Assembly: GCA_951406725.2 (NCBI GenBank) | Contig: OX597825.1 | Coordinates: forward strand, 17,546,001-17,610,000 | DNA from: Octopus vulgaris | Lineage: Eukaryota | Direction of reading: 5' to 3' | DNA length: 64,000 nt | Notes under the pieces: model-generated | What the model was told of the DNA's origin: nothing | What the model saw: the letters and a program-made list of their open reading frames with translations, nothing else | The model's database searches: none | In this document: positions 41,490 to 55,563 of the stretch, piece after piece | Position numbering within the stretch: position 1 is the first letter of the stretch | Layout: the number at the start of each line of letters is the position of its first letter | Made by a program: the position numbers and the translations under genes

Positions 41490-42760
41490 TGGTGTGCTTT
41501 ATTTGCCATCAGGGCGACGTATAAGGCGAATAGTTCAAACAAGGACACAAAGTGTTGGCGTTTACAGAAAGTGAAATGATTTTTAAAAAATAGATGAAAT
41601 ATGTACACAGTGTACAATGAAACAAAGAATGAAAAAGAAGGAAAAAAGATTACAGCGATGTGGTCTTCCGATACAGGAGGACCTCTAGGGATAACTGAGT
41701 TCCTTCTTTTTTCCTTCTCGAGCCATGCCTGGCTCATAAGGGCCGGTTTCCCGGTTCCCTTAGCGTATAGGTTCTCCACCTGGACGGGACGCCAGGAGGA
41801 AAGAGTGAGAGAATGTTGTGGCGAAAGAGTCAGAAGAAGTTCACCACTACCTTCTGGTGGAGCCGCATGGAGCTTAGGTGTTTCGCTCTTAAACACACAC
41901 ATCGCCCAGTCTGAGATTCGAACCCGCGATTACTCGACCGCGAGTCCTCTGCTCTTACCCCTAGGCCATGTGTCTCCACAGGGATAACTGAGGAGTACCA
42001 TCGTGCAGCATCTGCCCGTACACCAAGGGCAAAGTGCCTGCTTACAAGTCTAAGCTTAAAGTAGTATCATCTACGCTTTCAATTTTCGCAACATTCACCC
42101 ACCTTTAAGTAAATTCACTCGAGGAAAGCATCTCGGCTCTCCCGCCACACTTTCCCTTTTTCAAGTGAAATTTGTAAAAGTTCGATGGGGGCTCTAACAA
42201 ATAGGAATGTCTCCTTCCCCATGCCTTTCAGCCGTATCCACCAGACAACCTGTGTCGTCACTGCCACTAGGTAAATGAAAAGAGCCTTACCTGCCCCAGC
42301 AAAAGAAGGAGGCGAGACATTCATCACTATGGACTCGGCCGATAGACGGATCTGTCCCACCCAGATAGCAGCTGTTGTACATAACAATGCCCAGACACTG
42401 AACTAGTGCGTCAAGAATGGTTTCGTATCTGTGCCTGCACATCGGACATGACTGTCTGACAGCACATCTGTGCTTCTATAATTTGTCTTGAACAGTTACG
42501 GACACTCGGTAGCATTGCCAGGTCATGGATATCTGGAAATTATCCATTGAAGATCCCGACTAGACAGTTCTCCGTCCGAGGAACTTCGTCATACTTCTCC
42601 ACCGCTAATTCTCTGTATATAGCTAAAGTGGAACATCTCCCGTTCCCATTGCCAGACTGGTAGTGGCTTGTGAGCACCTGGCTGTATGTTACGTGGCAGG
42701 CGCCTAGACTCCGTCTCTCAATTACCAAGGACTGCATCTCCATCCAAGAGACGAGCTGCG
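41490..42760 (-). mobile_element. L1/Tx1-clade LINE 3' fragment (zf-RVT region and 3' UTR), interrupted by a SINE
   Basis: Minus strand reads WQCYRVSVTVQDKL*KH...SCPMCRHRYETILDALVQC (CxxC...ET..H...C zinc knuckle), then IRLSAESIV...VVWWIRLKG. AATAAA at 41503-41498 is followed by (CAT)n. Confidence 0.75.
41700..41979 (-). mobile_element. SINE family C with 13-bp TSD, nested in the L1/Tx1 3' UTR
   Basis: TSD agggataactgag at 41687-41699 and 41980-41992. Confidence 0.92.
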
Positions 42761-42841
42761 TGCAAAGAAAGGCAGTATCACCAAAATCTTAGAGCAGAAG
42801 AAATTAATAGAATAAAGGAAAGAATATGTATCTCTCTCTCC

Positions 42842-42895
<54 letters not shown>

Positions 42896-43008
42896 GTGAG
42901 TCCCCGTGGGTATATAGACAGTCGGTGTATCCGTTTCTGAAGTTGTATCACAAGTCTCTCCATATATCCCTAACAAAGCGATTACCTTACCTTCAATTGC
43001 CTTCCGAT

Positions 43009-43320
43009 GTGGAGGCACATGGCCTAGTGGTTAGAGCAGAGGACTCGCGGTCGAGGGATCGCGGGTTCGAATCTCAGACCGGGCGATGCGTGTGTTTATG
43101 AGCGAAATACCTAAGCTCCACGCATCTCCGGCAAAAGGTAATGGCGAAACTTCTGCTGACTCTTTCGCCACAACCTTTTCTCACTCTTTCCTCCTGCATC
43201 TTGCAGCTCACCTGCGACGGACCGGTGTCCCGTCCAGGTGGGGAACCTACCCGCTAAGAAACCGGGAAACCGGACTTAATGAGACAGGCATGGCTCGAGA
43301 AGGGACAAACAACAAAATAA
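43009..43320 (+). mobile_element. SINE family C, full length, 14-bp TSD
   Basis: TSD aattgccttccgat (42995-43008) and aattgctttccgat (43321-43334); tRNA-like A box tggcctagtgg and B box gggttcgaatct. Confidence 0.92.
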
Positions 43321-43828
43321 AATTGCTTTCCGATCGGTTAGAGAAAGTGTTGCATCTTTCGTATGGAAGTAATGGTCTCCCTCGGAGATACATAATAGGT
43401 TAGTAGAGGTACATGTAGAGATGCTGGTGATCTTTAGTACTCTAAGAGTCAGAACATGAAAACATGACAGATTTGTCTGCCCACCAGACTGTATAGAAGG
43501 AATTGTCGCAGAGAAAATAATTGGCAAACTGATGACGAGTTGCGATCATACAGTCAGGTATGGTCAGTGTTTGCGGCGAGTGTATGTTTCTTGAGTGAAA
43601 GACAAAAGACATCATTTTACCCTTTGATATTCAGAATCGTTTGAAAATGCTTTCTTAAACAATTACCAATATAATTGTCTCAACAGGTGTCGGAGTGTAC
43701 ACATGGCCGAGCTCCAGCTGAATGTTAAGGCAATCTTTCATTAATTATAGTGACTTAATGATACAATAGATAATGATGCCATGGTTCTTTATTATTCATT
43801 TGGATTCCAGCTGTTATTGCCAACCGTG

Positions 43829-43881
<53 letters not shown>

Positions 43882-44146
43882 GTATGTATGTATGTATGTA
43901 TATATATAACAATTTAATAAATAAAACATATGCATATATACATACATATATGTACATACCTACATCTATATGTATATATACATATATGAGTACAGGACAC
44001 CACAAATACACGTAGAACACAACGAGAAACGAAAACAGGAACAAAACAAGGATACGGATTTTTTTAACAACAAAAAAACAGAGTATAAGACAAACAACAG
44101 AGGGAACATTCCCCTTCTTCAGCTGCCCCTGTTTCGGCTCAATGCA

Positions 44147-44353
44147 TAGAGGGGAAACCACTATGTGGACACCCTTATGCTAGAAATAGAGCCGCTATGG
44201 TCTTACCACTAAGAAATGTTCGAAGAAAAATTTAGCAAAACAACCAAAACGTTTTGGTTGTTTGCTAATTTTTTCTTGAGAACATTTCTTAATGGTAAGA
44301 CCATAGCGGATCTATTTCTAGCATAAGGCTGTCCACATAGTGGTTTCCCTCTA
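44147..44353. repeat. ~207-bp spacerless imperfect palindrome
   Basis: Centred at 44250/44251 (caaccaaaac|gttttggttg); the arms carry several mismatches. Confidence 0.92.
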
Positions 44354-44464
44354 ATATGTATATAATACAATTTTACTGAACCTTCATTTTTTTTATATGC
44401 TAGACCACTGGTGTGAAATTCGATGTTAATTAAATTAATATCTAATATCTCACACTCATTTTAA

Positions 44465-44516
<52 letters not shown>

Positions 44517-44522
<6 letters not shown>

Positions 44523-44723
44523 CGGTAAGATAACAAAAGAATGAGACCTCAATATTATATAAATAGAGGAAATTTATCTGTAAATTAATGTGACCATTAT
44601 TCAATAGCCAAGATAAAACTTAAGATGGCCATATAACCGAAGTGATGGTGTTGTGGATTTCCACTTCGGCATCCGAAACTTAAATTTTTATCTTGGCTAT
44701 TGAATAATGGCCACATATTAATT

Positions 44724-44727
<4 letters not shown>
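44517..44727. repeat. Fold-back element, same family as 30110-30285, between (TA)n tracts
   Basis: Shared leader (cctcRatattatRtaaatagagga..tttatctgtaaat) and shared arms. Confidence 0.88.
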
Positions 44728-44799
<72 letters not shown>

Positions 44800-45959
44800 C
44801 GTTGTGTGTGTGCGTGTGTATGTGTGTGGTTGTGATGTAATAGACTAGACAAGTACATCTGTATATCATTCAAATGATTTGATATTTCCTTTCATAAAAC
44901 TATGGTAGATTGTAAAATGTGTTTACATTTTTAAAAGATCCACTAACAAAGCATAGCTACACTTAGAACCTGTCAGTGTTTGGTTACCTCAGTAAGCAAC
45001 CCAGCAATTTCAATCATTTCAGATCAGTACTTCATATTCCATATCTGATATATTTCAAATATTACAAGTTTTTTTAGCAAATAGTTTTTGACAACAAATC
45101 TTTTCCAGCTTCGAGAGAATGAAGTCGGACTCATTATATTCTTCTCAGGCATTCATTAATTCCATTGTCTTAAGTCTCATCAGATACAAATTGTTTCACA
45201 TACACAAAGAAATTACATGATTTCAACTCATAAATGAAAAAACTTTTATACAATTTATATTTCCTTTCTTCGTTCGTGTAAAGCTCAACTCTTTCTCTTT
45301 TATGTTATTGTAAATAGGTTTTGGAAGAAATTCAAAGTTGATTGCTAAGATTAAGAAAGCTAACTCTTCTGCAGTCAGTTGTCAGTTCGTATCTGACGTA
45401 TATTCCCCACGCATTGCCGTTTGATAGAAATTATTTTACATCTTCTGCTGAAGTACTCGTTGAACTGTGCATAACTGTCATATTTGAATGACCGTTTAGT
45501 CCTAAACAACTTGTAAAAACACACTTTTGTGTTTGCATAACATACACAATGGTAATTTTGAAGAGATAAAATGTATTTTTCTTTCTGCTTATTGTTATTA
45601 TGGCATGTTATCAATTGACATATATTCCTTTCTTTTTATTGTCTACGTTGAATCGTACAGAAACAATTCGTTGTATTTCTCGCGAGAGAAGTTTAACCAA
45701 ATCATGCACATTCGTCTAAATAAATTTATATTTGTAATTCAATGTGTGAAACGTAAAACATGTACAGGACACTTTAAGGATATTTTTAATTTAAGAAACA
45801 AACAATGAACTATTACCGCTTTGATATAATATAACGCCAGAAACATTATTCTTGATTACTTAAGAAACAAAAGGTATTCAAAAAACCGTATAACAAAGCA
45901 ATATACTATCTTCAACAGTTATCAATAGCCGGGAAACAGAATACGTTTCCTAGACGTTA

Positions 45960-45990
<31 letters not shown>

Positions 45991-46383
45991 GGGTTCACCA
46001 AAAAAAATTTGCTTTACCACACACCGAACTTTTAGATTTCAGCAAAAAGAAATTCAGCAAATATATATATATATGTTTCCTAGAAGTTAATATATATAAC
46101 TATGTCCTGGAAGAGATAATGATTTTAATGCAATTTTCTGTTTTACTTTTGATTATGAAGTCATGTGCTACATTTCACAAAATTGATATCAGAACTAGAT
46201 TATATTTTAGCCAATATTAATTATGCTTCTGCAGATTCTGATGATGCGGATTTTGCTAAATCCGTTGCTCAAAATAATATAACATAGTGTTCCAGTTATT
46301 TGGTGATTTCTTCATATGACCTACGCCTAAAACTGAGGCAATAACCTGGGCGTGTTTGTACACTCTCGCATTTATATATATAT

Positions 46384-46432
<49 letters not shown>

Positions 46433-48882
46433 TATATATATTGATTAAAATCGCCAAGTTAAATATTTAAACCACCTGAAGAATGACTGTAACTCGAAAA
46501 TTTTAAGAATTGAACAGCCATGACACGATCGTAGTGTTATATTAATTATCTTTTTTAATAATTTTGATATATATTTAAATAATATAAATTAATTAATCTT
46601 ATGTATTGGCTTAAGTTTTTCATTGTATGATTTGCCTAATAGTGGTTTTATCTTTAATTTAATATAATATATGTACATATATATACATATATATTTAGGA
46701 TTGGGGGTCAAGAAACATTCTTTTCAACCACATGGTGCCGGGTACAGTCCGACTGCGTAGCACCTTGCCCAAGTGTCTTCTATATATATATTATAATAAA
46801 ACATTATAATTCTGCATGTATATGATGAAGTGATATTTTTTTTTTAAATTAGCAACTGGCTAGCTTTAGGAATCTGGCACTAAGAGGCAAACTTTATCAC
46901 ACACTTATTGCAAATTCTAGAATTATGAATATTTTTCTATTTTCGGATAAGAAACTTCTATGGAGCATATTTAATAATAATTTTCACGCACTTAAGTCTG
47001 GAAACAGGGAACAAATGCCTACCAAACTTACTTTTTCTCTATTACTTCAAGATATTCTTAATCATTCAAATCAACTTGAATAACTTAAATGGGATTTTAT
47101 GTAAATTTTACAACTGACCCTTGTTTTTAAAGATTTACATTTTCAATTTCGTATTTATATATAAAAAGCTCGTTTTAAAATTCCCGAATATTTGGTAGAA
47201 ACACGATGCCATGAACTACAGGCATTTCAAGTATCTATATTGTACAAAAGACCTGTCAAATTAGTGATTTATCTAATAAGATTCTAAAGCAATTTTCATG
47301 CGACATTTGGGACCTACATTTTTTTCGTAGTTTGAGAAATATCATTACTTTTCAATACGAAGAGAAATTTTATTAGCAATGATGTCAGCAGCTGCAGGTG
47401 TGTAAATAAAATACACAGAAGACCAAGTTACTAGCAAAGTTTTCTCACTAATGACAATCGATGGCTTAACAAATGGTTATTTTCGGAAACTCACCATTCA
47501 AAAACACAAATTTGTGCGAATTATTTTGAGTCTACAGTCATTGCAAACATAAGCAAAGTGATCTAGGAAATTGTACAACTGATTATCAACACTTATCATT
47601 AGATTTAAATCACCTGCATACAAACGATCTCTCTGTATTTCGCTTCAGACATACAATCATTATTTGGTAGAACTGAGGTCAATTTCCTCTTTCAGGAAAT
47701 ACTTTTGCAATAGATTAGCCTTTTCACCAGGGCAACAATTTTCTCTCAACACATTTAAGTTTGGAAACGGAAAAAAAAAATACTGAAGGAAGTTTTTAAA
47801 GTAACATATCGGATAAAAGGATTAACGAATTTGCAGATATATACAATATCCAAGATCATATACTATGTGGTAAATTCTGAATTATTTAGCTAAATCTCTT
47901 ATTTAAAACTGCATCTAACGTATCATTTAGTGAGAATTTCCATAGTGATGACACTAAGTTTAACAACAAAGGACACAAAAGAAAAAGATAAATCACTCCA
48001 ATACTGACAAGTTTTTGCCTCTCAATTTAGCTACAAGAAAATACTATTTCAAAACAGATCAGCGCAGTCCAATTAGAGAGGATAATTATACAAAATTAGA
48101 AAACATTATCCTTGCATTTTGTTGATAGAAATCTAAACTTGGAAATTGAATTAAAGAAATAAAATCACCTATCACTGAAGGAACAAAGAATGAGAACAAA
48201 ACAGCAAAATTACAAGCTAAATACGCAGGCAATGGAGGTTCCTTTGCTCAAAATAAAATCAAATGATAAAGAAAAACTTGGCCTGTGTTTTCTCCTAATA
48301 ATATTAATATTTTTTTCGCACATAATAAAGCTACAGTTTTCAAAGATTTTTTCTTTTGTTACACACCATGTATATGTACGTGATTAGCATTCTCCATTTC
48401 TAATGTGTTATTTATATATTTGCTTATTTATGTATTTATTTGCGATAATGAATACAAAAATCAAAATAATAATAAACACAAACTAGATATCAAACAAAAG
48501 GAAGAAAACAAAGGAAAAGGAAAACAAAAAAAAAGCCATGAACACGGTGCGAAAATAATGTTACTTTCCCAAGTCTGTAATGCAGCTTAAAATAGTATAA
48601 AAGAAATGAAAAATAACATTGTAATATACTGACATTTATTGCAGAAATCAGACTCTGTAGGGGAAACTATTCTCTCTTCAGACATTTGATGATGAGAAAT
48701 CGATATGGTTAAAATGTAAAAAAGATGTTTCGTGTCAACCACGGTCATAGGATTCCGTGACTTTCCAAGAAAACCTTTCGAATTCCAAGTCTTTTGAGGA
48801 ATCTTTAATACGTTCTTTCTTTACACCGCAGTTTTATACTGATTACAAACAGGAATAGAATATAACCAGGATGTTTGAGGAG

Positions 48883-48925
<43 letters not shown>

Positions 48926-48968
48926 ACACACACAAACACACACACACATATCTATACACAGAGAGCCC

Positions 48969-49007
<39 letters not shown>

Positions 49008-49492
49008 GTTATACATATATATGCAAAAATATATATACATATATATATATATATGTTCACATAATACATATATACATACAAATATATATATATACACGCA
49101 TATGTATATATATGCGTGTAATATATATATATACACGCATATAATATACATATATGTACATACGCATATATATCATATATATGTAAGTGTGTATGAATGG
49201 ATGCGTTTGTCTATAACTCTGTGTGTATGTGTGTGTGAATCAAAGTGTATAAAAGAATAAAATGAACTAAAAAAAACTTCTTTCTCAAAAAAGAGTATAA
49301 AATATATGTTGTATGGCAATCATTCACACACGCAGAGTAGTAAACAGTATGTCTGATCATGTATATGCATATATATAAGCCAATAAAGAAATAAATATAT
49401 ATATATATATATATATAATACATACGTACAATACATAAATATATGTAGGTAGGAACACATATACATAAATATATGCATAAATATTTAGGGAA

Positions 49493-49531
<39 letters not shown>

Positions 49532-49662
49532 TGCAGATTCATCTACATAGATTCAATGTCGATTCTATATACATGTAGACATTCAATCTTTATTAATTAT
49601 TTTTCCTCATTCACACAGAACCACTACACATAACGTACGAGGCCAAAGCCAAATTGATGCGT

Positions 49663-49699
49663 GTCTATCTATCTATCTATCTATCTATCTATCGATATA

Positions 49700-49730
<31 letters not shown>

Positions 49731-49767
49731 TTAAATATCGTTCTTTCTTTCTATCTATCTATCTATG

Positions 49768-49828
<61 letters not shown>

Positions 49829-49905
49829 GTCTGTCTATCTATCTATCTATTTAAATATCGTTCTTTCTATCTATCTATCTATTTTTCAATCTATCTATCT
49901 ATCTG
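49663..49905. repeat. (ATCT)n microsatellite with a 120-bp higher-order duplication
   Basis: The interruption ttaaatatcgttctttct occurs at 49731 and 49851. Confidence 0.9.
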
Positions 49906-49946
49906 TTTATCTACAATATATATAGATATATGTAACTTTATACATT

Positions 49947-50000
<54 letters not shown>

Positions 50001-50024
50001 GTATACATTCATTTTGATATATAT

Positions 50025-50082
<58 letters not shown>

Positions 50083-50100
50083 TCATCATTTGATATATAT

Positions 50101-50154
<54 letters not shown>

Positions 50155-50166
50155 CTGTATCTATTG

Positions 50167-50214
<48 letters not shown>

Positions 50215-50744
50215 GTATCTATTCATCTATTGATATATATATATATGTATATGTATATATTCATCTATTGATATATATATATATATATATCGATTCATGT
50301 AGATATGTCTATCTGGTTGTCCATATACATACATGCATGCAAACTTACACACAGACAGAGACCCACATACGCACAAGTTTTCTTTTTCAATAAAAAGACA
50401 CCGCCTATATAAAGATTGTAAGAAGAAATTTAACTATAAATGAGTATGGATATGCATGTGTAATTAGGTATATGTTTTGATGTCTTCTCTCTGTGTATTT
50501 GTTTTGTAAGGGAGGTATGTGGCATTAAATTATTTGTGTGCGTGCGTGTATATTTGTATATAAACGTCAGATGACATATATGCGCAACAGTGAATGTTTC
50601 TCTCTGTGTGAATAAGAAAATAGAAACTGCGTACTACGTTGACATGCGATATACGCGAAATGTGATGAAGTGATGTACAATTTTGTTACTTAAAAGTTCT
50701 AAAAGTTCACCAGATTAATCTTATCTCTTCACGCCATGTTTTTC

Positions 50745-50780
<36 letters not shown>

Positions 50781-50874
50781 TGTGTGTGTGTATACGTATA
50801 TATATAAATATACACACACACACATATATATCATATATATATGTATACAGACGAATATGCATATACATATTTAT

Positions 50875-50968
<94 letters not shown>

Positions 50969-51433
50969 ATATGTCTGTATGCAAATATCACACTAGTGTT
51001 TCGGAAAAGTCATTAGCAGCACAGCTATAGGAGATAACGTGACATATTAAAAATTGTAACATAGGTGACATGTACATATGTATATATGTATATATACGCG
51101 CACACATACATATATATGTGTTTGCACATATCATATATCAATAAATGTGTGTTTGTGTGTGTGTGTGTGTATGTGTGCGAGCGCGCTTGTGTGTGCTTGT
51201 GTGCTTATGTGTGAATAGCTGTGTTTATACGTATACGTATTTCTTATTGATGTGCTATTTTCGTCTCCTACTGTTATACGCCTTTGTTTAGTTGCATCCC
51301 CGTAACTTATTACTCTGAGCCAAAAAGTTACCAACTAAACTTAACATTTGGTACTTTTGTGATTTGCTTACTCTAAATCTTGTTACCTGAGCTCCAACTT
51401 ACGTGTAATACAATGATGGTATCGATTTAAACA

Positions 51434-51511
<78 letters not shown>

Positions 51512-51514
<3 letters not shown>

Positions 51515-51901
51515 TTTTATTCCTATATTTCTTTAGTTGTTTCAGTCATTTGACTGCGGTCATGCTGGAGCACCGCCTTTAGTCAAACAAATAAACCCCA
51601 GGACATAGTGTTTATAAGCCTAGTACTTATTTTATCCGCCGTTTTTTGCCGAACGGTGGGTTAATGGGAGCGCAAACACGCCAACATCACTTGCCAATCG
51701 ATGGTGACGAACAGATACACACAAATGTATACATCTATGCATATGACAGGCTTCTTTGACTTTCCATCTACCAAATCTACTCACAAGGCTATGGTCGGCC
51801 CGGAGCTATAGCAGAAGACACTTGTCCAAGTTGCTATGCAGTGGGACTGAACCCGGAACCATGTGGTTGGGAAGAAAGCTTCTTAACAGACAGCCACGCC
51901 A
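51512..51901 (-). mobile_element. SINE family A, full length, diverged
   Basis: Matches 32046-32466. Confidence 0.88.
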
Positions 51902-52189
51902 TGTATATTATTCTATGTATTCCTTACGTGTGAAACTCTAGCTGTGAGTATGTGTGAGAATACGTTTCTTCACAGCGTCTGACATTTTAAATGCATATCT
52001 ATGCGTCTACAATTCATTTCAATCTTTAAGAATCATATCAAAAGATGATCCCCATAATGTCCAACATCACCATAACCTCTCACTCAAAAAATGTGCAATT
52101 CGCTGCTGCTAGTAATATTCGAAAACAAACAAAGATGTTAATAACAGCTTCGATCAAGGGAAAGAATACCTTCTACACGCTGTACAAAA

Positions 52190-52750
52190 GTATCTAAAAC
52201 AAAAGCCATCGCATGAAGGTGACTAAGATCAACATATAGAAATCTGTCGATCGGACTACACTCTTGTGCGGCTTATAGTCGTGGCTCATTTATCAGCACT
52301 ACCTGCTACTCTGTGATCTAACTCATCAACGTTGCTTTCGCATCACCCTTAGAATTCACTAGAGTGACTATACCTCAAATGACATGGTCTTACAGCAGAT
52401 CTCGTCACCTGAATGGAGGAACAGCGATTGTACAAGATTAGACACTATGGTAAATTGTCCTTTGGCAACCTTTATAGAAGATCACTAAAGAATAAGTACA
52501 AGAACTCCATAAAGAAATCTGTTGGCGCCTGTCATGTTGATTACAAACAGTGTTCTGTTCTTGTGCATTATCTTCGAGCCTGGCTTTTCATTAAGCAAAA
52601 GAAAAAGATAAGGATACTACGAGTAATCCCGAGTAAGCCACAATCCTATGCAGTCTCTGCGCTTGTCCGCCTCAAATTGGACTCAAGGTGTATCTCCAAA
52701 TCTCCGGTAGATGTGGCCAAACACCTCCGGAAATGTTCGCTCGCAAATTC
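52190..52750 (+). mobile_element. Degenerate RTE (BovB-like) LINE 3' fragment
   Basis: TKINI*KSVDRTTLLCGL*SW...HQRCFRITLRIH*SD, then MEEQRLYKIRHYGKLS...KYKNSIKKSVGACHVD. This matches the RTE pattern TLLYGSExW...HQRCLR.IL.I.W...RLPK..LYGEL...KRYKD.LK. Confidence 0.8.
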
Positions 52751-52871
52751 CTGCGAAGGTTATAAGTTAGAAACTAAACTAGCATGAGAATCGTATAAAT
52801 GAAATGCTTTCATTCACATCGATGTTATATAATGTTAACGAAAGACCCTTGTGAGCTGTTACAAAAAGTAT

Positions 52872-53135
52872 AAAAAATAATAATAAATGAGCCCTTTAAA
52901 AGCCTAGCCAGGCTCATGAGCCCGGTTTCCCGGTTTCTATGGTGTATGTGTTCCCCAGCTGGACGGGACGCTAGTCCATTGCAGCGTTACTCATTTTTGC
53001 CTGCTGAGTAGAATGTAGCATGGAGAAATTAAGCGTTTTGCTCAAGAACACGACGCGTCACCCGGTCCAGGAATCGAAACCACAATCTTACGATCACGAT
53101 GCTGATACTCTAACCACTATGTCACGCGTCTCCAC
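52872..53135 (-). mobile_element. SINE family C variant with 12-bp TSD
   Basis: TSD tacaaaaagtat at 52860-52871 and 53136-53147. Confidence 0.9.
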
Positions 53136-54157
53136 TACAAAAAGTATGAGAACAAATTTTCGTACCAGTCATCAATAAGGTTTCCTATGATGAAAACGAA
53201 GCACGGCAGACGTCGATGCTATAGCAGCCTCCAGACAGAGAGTGGAGCTATAGACGAAGATACTAAAATAAAATTACTAAACAAAAAGCACATCGTATAA
53301 GAACAAGAGAATGACATGGCAGCAGAACCACCTTGCAAGCTTCTTGCTCCACTCCTTCATAGATTACGTATCCACAAAGGACCCTAAATGTATTTGCGAC
53401 CGTTCAGGTCATCATCAATATAAAGTACTTGTTGTCATCCACATATCAGGACCAGAATTCTTCGCCTCCGAAATCGGAAACAGTGAATAAAACATTCGAT
53501 GATAGTTCGTATAGCTTCTTGGCTAAATAAAAAAAAATCAGGTATGTATAACTCATACAATATTAAACTAAAATAGCTACATGCATATTTACTAATAGAA
53601 TCCCTTAAATCATTTTAAAATTATGTGTCATAGTACATTCAAGTTATGAGCTGTTGTTGACTGAAATATAAGTAGGAACAGGTGGTTTGTCGGTTATCCC
53701 ATGAAGAAATTTGTCCAGTAATCTTCTGAAAGTTACGGGATACTTTTTCTTGTAAATGCTCGCTGTTTTAGACTGATAGTTGCTGATAAAAGGAAAATAT
53801 CTGACTCCATATCACAGTTGGTATTACAAATGTTAATCTAGTATGTGTCACAGTTACTTACTTTAAAGCGATATTGTTAGCAAACATGGATTAACAATAT
53901 CCCATCAAATGTATCAGCATTTATGTGATAAAAATTTTAACCTATTCAAAGAGGAATAGCGGCATTTAAATAATATTAATATTCGTATTGAAGCCTTTAC
54001 ATTAACTTCGGGCCTCTCAGTTTAAGTTACACATAACCCCATATAACTGTTATTTTAGCATTACAATTCCATTTTATACTATAGTATGGTATACTTATAG
54101 TCCCAAATGAGCCGGAAGAATGATACGTTTTGTTAGGAGGATTTTGCCCAGTTTACG

Positions 54158-54266
<109 letters not shown>

Positions 54267-54469
54267 ATATATATATATATTGTCAATAAAAACGGGTAGA
54301 ATTAATTAATTATTAATCAATTCGACCGAGCAGTGTTCGATATGTAAAATGAGATCTAGTATTTTGGGATTCGCTAGTACCGGTGGTCTGGCATGTTTTG
54401 TCCGGTGTTACATATATCGGACGGATATGTTTGATTCTTAGTACTTTCAAATCTAAATCAGAATAAATC

Positions 54470-54529
54470 TCTGAGCTGATGAAACAAATGGCGTTTAATC
54501 AACTAATCCAGAAACAGGCTGTCCTCGGG
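54470..54529 (+). ncRNA. Type I hammerhead-ribozyme-like motif within a ~430-bp TA-flanked element (54282-54715)
   Basis: Stem I UCUGAG/CUCGGG; CUGAUGA (54476-54482); weak stem II (UGG/CCA); GAAAC (54511); near-palindromic stem III ACAGGCUGU; GUC cleavage triplet. Confidence 0.6.
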
Positions 54530-54713
54530 TATCTCATATGGATGTGATCTTTCGTTGTTTTTCCCTTATACCTATGTGAGTTATTTCTGAGTATGCATTG
54601 TCTGGGAGACTTTTTCTTGCAGTGGAAGAAATAGCCAAATTGTTGGCTGCTATTTCTAAAAAGCTCGGTGTGTGGTAAAGTAAATTATTTTACTTTACCC
54701 TATTTTTATAAAG

Positions 54714-54774
<61 letters not shown>

Positions 54775-54909
54775 TGATTGATTCTAGTTTCAGCTCATGG
54801 GCTGTGGCCATGCTGGGGCACCGCCATTTAGATATATGTATATATTTATATATATATATGTATATATATATATATGTATGTATGCATGTATGTATGTATG
54901 CATGTGTCT

Positions 54910-54947
<38 letters not shown>

Positions 54948-55507
54948 CAATATATTTTGTTTACTCAAATTACGAACAAGTATTGGAAATTTGAAGGATG
55001 TCATCTTCTAGATTACGTTGCATATAAGATAACAGTAATTTGACAACATAATTGTCATTGCAACGGGGTCTATAACCACAGAATAGTGGGAACACTTAAC
55101 AAAATGAAGAAACCACCGAAGTCTCAAAGGTTTGATTTTATGCAAATTATGGTACAGGAAGAATTCAAAGTGAAATTTAAATCCAGCAAACATAACGAAA
55201 TAGATTAAACAGATTTATATAATCGAATACTCAAAATCAATGGAGAATTACTCTCTTGCCATAAGCAAAACAGAACCAAACATTAAACTTCTTCGTTTCA
55301 ACAGTGACCTAGAATATGAAAATAATTTCCTTGAAGGCAGTAGCATATGACAGTATACGTGGTCCCTCGTGGTTAGCAATAATTCATCTGAAATATAGAC
55401 TTTTGTTAGATTTATTTCATTGGGTTCATTTTCATTATATATAAATATATGTATGTGTGCGCGCAGGTGAGTGTGCGTGGGTTCGCACGCACACATATGT
55501 GCATGTA

Positions 55508-55558
<51 letters not shown>

Positions 55559-55563
55559 ATGTA

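Noticed and set aside
43009-43085. tRNA gene
   Set aside because: The A/B boxes belong to a SINE head that continues into the SINE body and is flanked by a TSD; no complete cloverleaf.
46238-46275. CUGAUGA followed by the hairpin GCGGAUUU/AAAUCCGU
   Set aside because: No GAAA in register and no stem I or III.
46476-46505. CUGAAGA...CUCGAAA motif in a TA-flanked element
   Set aside because: Stem II and stem I pairing could not be established in this copy.
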